Notes under the pieces: model-generated
The model's input: only the letters and a program-made list of their open reading frames with translations
Database searches by the model: none
What the model was told of the DNA's origin: nothing
DNA from: Alphaproteobacteria bacterium
Lineage (GTDB): Bacteria; Pseudomonadota; Alphaproteobacteria; CBDDJK01
Assembly (NCBI GenBank): GCA_965229675.1
Contig: OZ245897.1
Coordinates: 9,164-73,163 of the forward strand
DNA length: 64,000 bases
Direction: 5' to 3'
Translations under genes and position numbers: made by a program
Part shown: positions 57,514 through 64,000 of the stretch, in pieces
Layout: every line of letters begins with the position of its first letter
Position numbering within the stretch: position 1 is the stretch's first letter

Positions 57514-58863
57514 TCACGAGGCTTGCGTTTCTTGCATCCAGCGTTCCAGCCAGTGAATATTATAATCCCCATCAATAAACGCAGGCTGTTCAATAATTTG
57601 GCGATGAAGCGGCAGGGTTGTATCAATGCCGCCAATGACAAATTCTTTTAATGCGCGTTGAAGCCGCATTAAACATTCACTGCGGGAAGTACCTGCAACC
57701 ACCAATTTTGCAATCAAGCTATCGTAAAAAGGTGGAACATTGTAACCAGCGTAAAGATGAGAATCAACGCGAACACCAAGCCCCCCTGGTGCATGATAAT
57801 CCGTAATCCGCCCTGGGGTGGGCATGAAATTTACAGGATTTTCGGCCGTAATACGGCATTCAATAGCATGGCCTGTTGGGTTAATATCGCTTTGGGCAAA
57901 GCTAAGTCGTTCACCACTAGCAACAATAATCTGTTCACGTACAAGATCAATGCCCGTCACCATTTCAGTAATCGGATGTTCAACTTGTAGGCGGGTGTTC
58001 ATTTCAATAAAAGCAAATTCACCATCTTCATAAAGATATTCAATCGTTCCTGCCCCACGATAGTGCATTTTTTTCATTGCTTCGGCAGAACGCCTGCAAA
58101 CTTCTTCGCGTAAGGTTTCATCAAGACCTGGGGAGGCAGTTTCCTCTACCACTTTTTGATGTCGCCGTTGAATGGAACAGTCACGCTCCCCAAGATGCAA
58201 ACAATCCCCTTGCCCATCACCAAGCACTTGCACCTCAATATGACGCGGCTTTTGCATATAGCGTTCCATATAGACCGCACTATCACCAAAGGCAGCTTGT
58301 GCTTCTGATTGACAAAGTGATAAAGCTTCAGCCAATTCGGATTCTGCTTGCGCAACTTTCATCCCGCGCCCGCCGCCGCCAGCGGCCGCTTTAATGATAA
58401 GTGGATAACCAATTTCGCGCCCAACTCGCTTTGCTTGCTCATAATCTTGCACTTCGCCATCGCTACCAGACACAACAGGAATACCTAATTCCTTGGCGGC
58501 TTGCTTTGCAGCAATTTTATCACCCATCACCCGCATATGTTCAGGGGTTGGTCCAACGAATGTAATTCCATGCTCCTCCACCATTTCAGCAAATCTTGCA
58601 TTTTCGGATAAAAAACCAACACCTGGATGAATCGCATCCACCCCAGTCAAAAGAGCTGCGGTTAAGATAGAACGCGTATTTAAATAAGAATCTTTTGGCG
58701 CAGGTGGGCCAATGCAAACCGCCTCATCTGCAAGCCGTACATGCATTGCATCTTGATCGGCCGTAGAATGAATCGCAACCGTTTTAATACCCATTTCCTG
58801 ACAAGCACGATGGATGCGTAGCGCAATTTCTCCGCGATTAGCGATAAGTAGCTTTTCAAACAT
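57514..58863 (-). CDS. accC: Acetyl-CoA carboxylase biotin carboxylase subunit
   Basis: 449 aa with an ATP-grasp fold, MFEKLLIANRGEIA, and the CSIQRRHQK active-site region. Confidence 0.93.
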   Translation of the reverse strand: MFEKLLIANRGEIALRIHRACQEMGIKTVAIHSTADQDAMHVRLADEAVCIGPPAPKDSYLNTRSILTAALLTGVDAIHPGVGFLSENARFAEMVEEHGITFVGPTPEHMRVMGDKIAAKQAAKELGIPVVSGSDGEVQDYEQAKRVGREIGYPLIIKAAAGGGGRGMKVAQAESELAEALSLCQSEAQAAFGDSAVYMERYMQKPRHIEVQVLGDGQGDCLHLGERDCSIQRRHQKVVEETASPGLDETLREEVCRRSAEAMKKMHYRGAGTIEYLYEDGEFAFIEMNTRLQVEHPITEMVTGIDLVREQIIVASGERLSFAQSDINPTGHAIECRITAENPVNFMPTPGRITDYHAPGGLGVRVDSHLYAGYNVPPFYDSLIAKLVVAGTSRSECLMRLQRALKEFVIGGIDTTLPLHRQIIEQPAFIDGDYNIHWLERWMQETQAS

Positions 58864-58884
58864 TATGTCCTAATCCTGATAAAA

Positions 58885-59406
58885 TTATTCGATGATGAAT
58901 AATGGCTGGGCATATTCGACTGGTTCGCCATCTTCAACCAGAATCGCGCTTAATTTTCCCGATTTTTCGGCTTGAATTTGGTTCATGACTTTCATCGCTT
59001 CAATGATCAAGATGGTTTGCCCTTTTTCAACCGAATCGCCAAGCTTCACAAATTTTGGTTCATTTGGCTTTGGGGATAAATAAGCTGTTCCCACCATTGG
59101 CGATGGAAAGGCATTATTATGATTTGAAGTTGTCTCTGCTGGTTTGTCATCAGCAATATGTGCAGCGATTGGGGCTTGTGAATTTGCCATCACCGCCGTC
59201 CCGACCGCAGGAATTGATTGTTGAATAGAGGCGATGCTTGCCTGATTACGCGATAATACAAGCCGTTGTGTCTCACTTTCCCATTCAAATTCAAAAATAC
59301 CATTTTGCGCCATTACTTCCCCTAATTTTGCAATATAATCTGGATCGGGTAATGGGTTCGCATCAGCCTTTTTTACGCGCACTTGATTCTTTTCGGTCAT
59401 CCTCAT
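58885..59406 (-). CDS. accB: Acetyl-CoA carboxylase biotin carboxyl carrier protein
   Basis: It has the C-terminal biotinyl-lysine motif EAMKVMNQI and a P/A-rich linker. Confidence 0.9.
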   Translation of the reverse strand: MRMTEKNQVRVKKADANPLPDPDYIAKLGEVMAQNGIFEFEWESETQRLVLSRNQASIASIQQSIPAVGTAVMANSQAPIAAHIADDKPAETTSNHNNAFPSPMVGTAYLSPKPNEPKFVKLGDSVEKGQTILIIEAMKVMNQIQAEKSGKLSAILVEDGEPVEYAQPLFIIE

Positions 59407-59439
59407 CCTTTCTGAAAAATTTACTATTTTATTAAGGGA

Positions 59440-59670
59440 TTATTTCTTTTCTGTTTGTAAGGCCATGGCGTGTAATTCACCACCCATACGCCCTTCAAGG
59501 GATTTATACACCATTTGGTGCTGTTGAACTCTGGTCTTTCCTTCAAACGCTGAGGAGCGAACATAAACCGAGTAATGATCCCCATCGCCTCTAAGATCAT
59601 TTACTTCAACCTCTGCATCAGGCATTGCTTTTTTAATCAGTGTTTCAATTTCGTGCGCATGCATCGGCAT
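59440..59670 (-). CDS. BolA family protein
   Basis: 76 aa with a BolA-like pattern (...SAFEGKTRVQQHQMVYKSL...LHAMALQT). Confidence 0.7.
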   Translation of the reverse strand: MPMHAHEIETLIKKAMPDAEVEVNDLRGDGDHYSVYVRSSAFEGKTRVQQHQMVYKSLEGRMGGELHAMALQTEKK

Positions 59671-59735
59671 GGTTTAAACCCTCTCTATTTCAATAATCAA
59701 AATAATATCAAAATACTATATCATAATTATCGTTT

Positions 59736-61016
59736 TTATCCACCGCTTTTAGCAATATCACTACGATAAAACCCACCAGTCCAATTTAAAGCTTCCAATT
59801 TTTGATAGGTCTGATGGCGTGCATCGGTCAAATTTTGTCCTACCCCAACAAAATTTAGAACCCTACCGCCATTTGCAAGCCATTTTCCATTTTCCTGTTT
59901 GGTGCCTGCATGAAAGATGGTGACATTATCTTTAGTTTCATCTTCTTTTTCTGCCTCCATCATAGGCTGTAAATGGTCAATTTCAAGCTTATCTTGGGTT
60001 GGGGATTCGGGATAGCCCTGCTTAGCAACAACCACACAAACGGCATGATGATTTTCCTGCCAACGTAAATTAATTTGATCCAGTCCGCCTTGATCCGTTG
60101 CGATTAATGCAGGCACAATATCAGAAAATAACAGACGCATCAGCACCTGACATTCAGGGTCGCCAAACCGAACATTATATTCAATTAATTTTGGTCCATC
60201 TTTTGTAATCATCAGGCCTAAAAATAATATGCCGCGATAAGGGGCTTGTTCTTGCCTCATCCCGTGTAAGGTTGGCTGGATAATCTCTTTCATGATTCTT
60301 GCCTCAAGTGCTTCATCGACCAATGCAACGGGGGCAAAAACCCCCATCCCCCCTGTGTTAGGCCCTTGGTCGCCATCAAAGGCGCGTTTATGATCTCTGG
60401 CAGCCATTAACGGCAGGGCATGATCCCCATCGCAAAGCGCAAAAAAACTAATTTCCTGCCCCACCAAACATTCTTCAATCACCAAACGGCCACCACCAGC
60501 CCCTTCAATTAAATGTGTTGCAGCTTGCTTGGCCTCTGCTTTTGTGGTGGCAACAACAACCCCCTTTCCAGCCGCTAAGCCATCAGCTTTAACAACAATG
60601 GGATAGGTACATTGCTCCAAATAATCAAGGGCGGGTTCTAATGCGTTAAATAACTGAAAATCCGCACCTGCTATGCCATATTTTTGACAAAATTCCCGTG
60701 CATAGGCTTTGGAACCTTCTAGCCTAGCTGCTGCTTGATCAGGTCCCACAACCGCAATATGGTTGGCACGCAACTGATCGGCTAGCCCAAGGGTTAAGGG
60801 AAGTTCAGGCCCTATCACGACTAAATCAATTTGTTCATTCACGGCAAATTCTACTAATTTAGCGCAATCATCAACCTTTATAGGCACAAGCTTTGCCAAA
60901 CTTGCAATCGCATCAGAACCAGGGGCGCAATAGAGTTCATCACATAAAGGCGAGGCTGAAATTGCCCAGCACAGCGCATGCTCCCTGCCACCTGAACCAA
61001 TGATTAAAATCTTCAT
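59736..61016 (-). CDS. purD: Phosphoribosylamine--glycine ligase
   Basis: 426 aa. It is an ATP-grasp protein with the N-terminus MKILIIGSGGREHAL. Confidence 0.93.
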   Translation of the reverse strand: MKILIIGSGGREHALCWAISASPLCDELYCAPGSDAIASLAKLVPIKVDDCAKLVEFAVNEQIDLVVIGPELPLTLGLADQLRANHIAVVGPDQAAARLEGSKAYAREFCQKYGIAGADFQLFNALEPALDYLEQCTYPIVVKADGLAAGKGVVVATTKAEAKQAATHLIEGAGGGRLVIEECLVGQEISFFALCDGDHALPLMAARDHKRAFDGDQGPNTGGMGVFAPVALVDEALEARIMKEIIQPTLHGMRQEQAPYRGILFLGLMITKDGPKLIEYNVRFGDPECQVLMRLLFSDIVPALIATDQGGLDQINLRWQENHHAVCVVVAKQGYPESPTQDKLEIDHLQPMMEAEKEDETKDNVTIFHAGTKQENGKWLANGGRVLNFVGVGQNLTDARHQTYQKLEALNWTGGFYRSDIAKSGG

Positions 61017-61040
61017 ATGAAATAATTCCTTATCATGTTA

Positions 61041-61787
61041 TCATTTTTTGGTGCTGGTTGGCTTATTTTGTTGTTCTAATCGCTTAATCCTTGCCTCAAG
61101 CTTTGTGATTAATGCGTCATAATCGCCCTGTTTAACCATACAATCTTTGGGTAAGCCATACGCATCAAACGTTTCAACCTCCCCTTGTTTTTCGTCAATT
61201 TTTTTGCGTGATTCCTTTTGTTTTTTAACAGGATTGGCTGGAATACCGATTACCGTTTCACCTGCCATGACATCGTGAACAACCACGGCATTTGCCCCTA
61301 CCCTTGCGCCTTTTCCAATTGTTACGGAGCCTAATATCTGCGCACCAGAACCAACAATCACATCGTCTTCCAATGTTGGATGGCGTTTTTTTGTTCTTTG
61401 CGAATCAGAATCTTCAGAGGGCGATACCCCCCCTAATGTTACCCCATGATAAAGGGTTACACGATCACCAACTTGCGCCGTTTCCCCAATGACAACGCCC
61501 ATACCGTGATCAATAAAAAACCCTTCGCCAATTTGCGCACCAGGGTGAATTTCAATACCAGTTAAAAAGCGTGAAAACTGCGAAATCCATCGTGCCATAA
61601 AATAAAAATTGCGCCGATATAGCCGATGCGCTAAGCGATGAAATAGCAACGCATGAAAGCTTGGATAAAGTAAAATAACTTCCAATCTGCTACGTGCAGC
61701 CGGGTCACGCTCAATTGCAATATCGGCAAGCCTTGTCATACGTTGATAAAGGGATGGCTTGGCCTCGGATTGTTTTGACTTATTCAT
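61041..61787 (-). CDS. cysE: Serine O-acetyltransferase-like left-handed beta-helix (hexapeptide-repeat) acetyltransferase
   Basis: It has an N-terminal SAT helical domain and hexapeptide repeats with a C-terminal extension. The preferred start is the Met at 61787, which is preceded by AGGAGG. The annotated ORF runs further upstream to 61871. Confidence 0.8.
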   Translation of the reverse strand: MNKSKQSEAKPSLYQRMTRLADIAIERDPAARSRLEVILLYPSFHALLFHRLAHRLYRRNFYFMARWISQFSRFLTGIEIHPGAQIGEGFFIDHGMGVVIGETAQVGDRVTLYHGVTLGGVSPSEDSDSQRTKKRHPTLEDDVIVGSGAQILGSVTIGKGARVGANAVVVHDVMAGETVIGIPANPVKKQKESRKKIDEKQGEVETFDAYGLPKDCMVKQGDYDALITKLEARIKRLEQQNKPTSTKK

Positions 61788-61869
61788 GTGAATCCTCCTA
61801 ATATGGAAGAAATATTTTAATTCAGCAACGCCATAGCAACGAATATCAAGATAGTAAAGCCTCCTTGCC

Positions 61870-64000
61870 ATGTGGTCTATTTATTTTAAATTTTATAATC
61901 TTGCCGCAACCCTCTTTTTGTTGGGGATCGGGTTGATCAATATTCCCGATAGCTTAGCACAAAAAGCCGACGAACCCCCTTTAAATTCAGAAGTCCTACC
62001 TTTTTTCCAACAAGATGACGAATTTGATATAATTTCAGAAAGGTTTGATCTTGATTTTTACCCTTGGAATTTATTGGAACTTACCCCAGATAATGTTGAA
62101 AAAACGCTTGGGGATATTCGTTTGTTCACAGAAAAAATGAAAAATTCTAATGCACGAAGCATGATTTTTGATGGATTTGTTCAAGGTTATTTGTTGCGCG
62201 AGGATGTTCCTGCGGCTTTACGAGATGCTTATCGGATTCAAGATATGAATCGGCTGGCAAACGCATTGGTACGAATCAGCGAATTTTTATTATTACAAGA
62301 TGAACCTGAAGAAATGCAACCATTGCTTGAAGACGCCATCGGGATCATGGTTGAACAGATTGCGCTTTTTGATCAACGCTTTGAAGAAGCTAAGATTCAA
62401 GCAGAAGAGGCGGAAGATGATGAATTTGATTTTACGCCATTCGACATTGAACGCCAGAATAATAGCCAGATATTACGGCGTATGGGATCGCTTTTATTGG
62501 CCACCAATCGAATTGAACGCGCCATTGAAGTAATGCAGCTTATTCCCGATGATCTTATTCGTGTTTCTGCGTTACGGGAAGCGGCAAATGCCGCACATCA
62601 GCTTAAAATACTTGCAATCGATGAAAAAAAGCAGGCTTTGGAAACATTTGAAGCGACTGAGGCAAGAGCCCTTGAAGCGATTGAAGCTTCCCTTAGATTT
62701 TCCAAATCACTTGCTTATAATAACCGTGAAATTGGCAAGGTTACTTTGGAGTTAATTCGTGCTTTAATTGATATGGAACAAATTGAACGCGCCTTAGAAG
62801 AGTTAGATGCGTTAAAAGAGCGACTAGAATCAAGTGAAGAGGATGGGCGTTACGATAATTTGGTCGAGATTGCGGCAGGCTATATCATGACAGATGATCC
62901 AAGAGCCGCAATGGGGATTATTCGTGAATTGTCTTTACCCAGTGAGCGCGCACGCGCCCTTGGTGTCATTGGTCGCGCGCGCAATGAAATTGGGGACTCA
63001 GATGCAGCAATGCCTTTGTTTTTGATGGCGATTGAAGAAGTTGAACGGGTACGTGATGGGGATAAACGCAATGAAGCTTATGCAAGTTTGGCACAAGATT
63101 TAACCCGTGCAGGGCGTTTAGCAGATGCTTTTGAAATGGCAGGAAAAATTAATGGGCAACCACAGCAGGGAATTGCAATTGCGCGTATGTCCAATATCTT
63201 GCTGCAACGTAATTTGCTTGAAGAAGCACGGGTTTTGACCGACTATATCCCTCAAACAGAATATCGTATGCCAATTTTGGTTTATTTATCAAGGTTAAGG
63301 GGCGTTGCAGGGGATCGTGAAGGCGCGAGCCAATCTTTATTGGATGCTATGGCGCAGGATTTAAACCTAGCCAATACCGATTTAATCCCCGAACTTGCCG
63401 ATCTTATTTTGGAGCATCACACCCTTTATGGTAGCGAAACGATGGATGAACCAATCATTGAGGCTGTTTCTGGTTTAATTAATCAGCTTCCAAACGGGTT
63501 AATTAAAATTGATGGATTGATCCGATTGGCCATCGCGCAATCAAAGATGGAGAGGTTGGATCAAGCACGCCAAACTGCTAACGGAGCCTTTAGAATCGCG
63601 TTTGATTTTGATCAAGATCAACAATTTCCTGATGCTTTGGAGGTTATTTCCTATGGACAAGTGCTTGCAGGCGATTTGTTGGGAGCCTTTGATTCAGCTT
63701 CCAGAACACCGCAACCGCTTTCGTCTGAACAAATTGAATCTTTACGCCGTCTTGCTGGACGGCGTGGAACGCAGGGTAATTTTGACCTTGAACCTTATGA
63801 CCCCAATCAACCTTTAAACTTTCCACGCTTTAGGGCATTAGCACGTATTTCAGGCATTGCCGCACAGCTTGGTGAATCAGATATTTCCATTCGTGCCGCA
63901 AGTGTTGTCGATGAAGAAATGCCACAAGCTGCTATTTTAACAGCGGCAACAATTGGGGTGATGTCAGAAAAAATATCAATTGATCTTGTGTTAAATGATA
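61870..64000 (+). CDS. Secreted alpha-helical repeat protein (TPR/HEAT-like). It is 5'-complete and 3'-truncated by the window end.
   Basis: The frame is continuously open from ATG 61870 to the last base, so it is absent from the ORF track. The signal peptide reads [31 protein letters not shown]. Recurring units of about 35 aa have the form ...A(R/M)A.ALxxIARA... ([23 protein letters not shown] and [24 protein letters not shown]). Confidence 0.7.
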   Translation, partial: MWSIYFKFYNLAATLFLLGIGLINIPDSLAQKADEPPLNSEVLPFFQQDDEFDIISERFDLDFYPWNLLELTPDNVEKTLGDIRLFTEKMKNSNARSMIFDGFVQGYLLREDVPAALRDAYRIQDMNRLANALVRISEFLLLQDEPEEMQPLLEDAIGIMVEQIALFDQRFEEAKIQAEEAEDDEFDFTPFDIERQNNSQILRRMGSLLLATNRIERAIEVMQLIPDDLIRVSALREAANAAHQLKILAIDEKKQALETFEATEARALEAIEASLRFSKSLAYNNREIGKVTLELIRALIDMEQIERALEELDALKERLESSEEDGRYDNLVEIAAGYIMTDDPRAAMGIIRELSLPSERARALGVIGRARNEIGDSDAAMPLFLMAIEEVERVRDGDKRNEAYASLAQDLTRAGRLADAFEMAGKINGQPQQGIAIARMSNILLQRNLLEEARVLTDYIPQTEYRMPILVYLSRLRGVAGDREGASQSLLDAMAQDLNLANTDLIPELADLILEHHTLYGSETMDEPIIEAVSGLINQLPNGLIKIDGLIRLAIAQSKMERLDQARQTANGAFRIAFDFDQDQQFPDALEVISYGQVLAGDLLGAFDSASRTPQPLSSEQIESLRRLAGRRGTQGNFDLEPYDPNQPLNFPRFRALARISGIAAQLGESDISIRAASVVDEEMPQAAILTAATIGVMSEKISIDLVLND

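Noticed and set aside
1-64000. CRISPR arrays, rRNA genes, retron, defence-island signatures, toxin-antitoxin pairs
   Set aside because: No direct-repeat and spacer periodicity, no rRNA-like conserved stretches, and no recognisable nuclease/ATPase defence gene pairs were seen. The small ORFs examined (e.g. 34847-35041) have no toxin or antitoxin hallmarks.

Overview
This 64 kb window looks like a chromosomal segment of a moderately AT-rich alphaproteobacterium. The assignment rests on gene order: F0 operon atpB-atpE-b'-b with two b-type subunits, maf-aroE-coaE-dnaQ, yajC-secD-secF, hslVU, bamA. Most of the window is densely packed housekeeping genes. These include acyl-CoA metabolism, c-type cytochromes, der, carA, purQ/purS, ilvD, F0 ATP synthase, bamA, hslVU, secDF, accBC, purD, cysE, folE, dnaQ, coaE, aroE and maf. 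Five things stand out against that background. (1) A tRNA-Leu(CAA)-anchored mosaic segment at about 31.4-38.7 kb. It carries an apparently intact IS1-family element with 8-bp target-site duplications and an A_AAA_AAG slippery heptamer. That element has inserted into an IS1595-like transposase remnant. The segment also holds a degenerate IS630-family element, AT-rich hypothetical secreted and membrane genes, and a roughly 300-nt GC-rich stem-rich stretch with no coding capacity, which is a candidate structured RNA of unknown class. (2) A conspicuously AT-rich 721-aa two-domain gene: an unrecognised N-terminal domain fused to a DegT/DnrJ/EryC1-type PLP aminotransferase domain. It sits between a sugar-catabolic-looking operon and pmbA. 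(3) A 1043-aa extremely acidic surface protein with a FecR-like domain, RTX-like repeats and no neighbouring secretion genes. (4) A tight four-gene operon: Gfo/Idh/MocA dehydrogenase, GMC oxidoreductase, MOFRL glycerate kinase and an AGE-family epimerase/isomerase. Its substrate is unknown. (5) A long secreted alpha-helical repeat protein that runs off the 3' end of the window and is absent from the ORF track. No CRISPR array, rRNA gene or obvious defence or toxin-antitoxin module was recognised. All functional calls are by-eye homology and motif judgements, not database hits.
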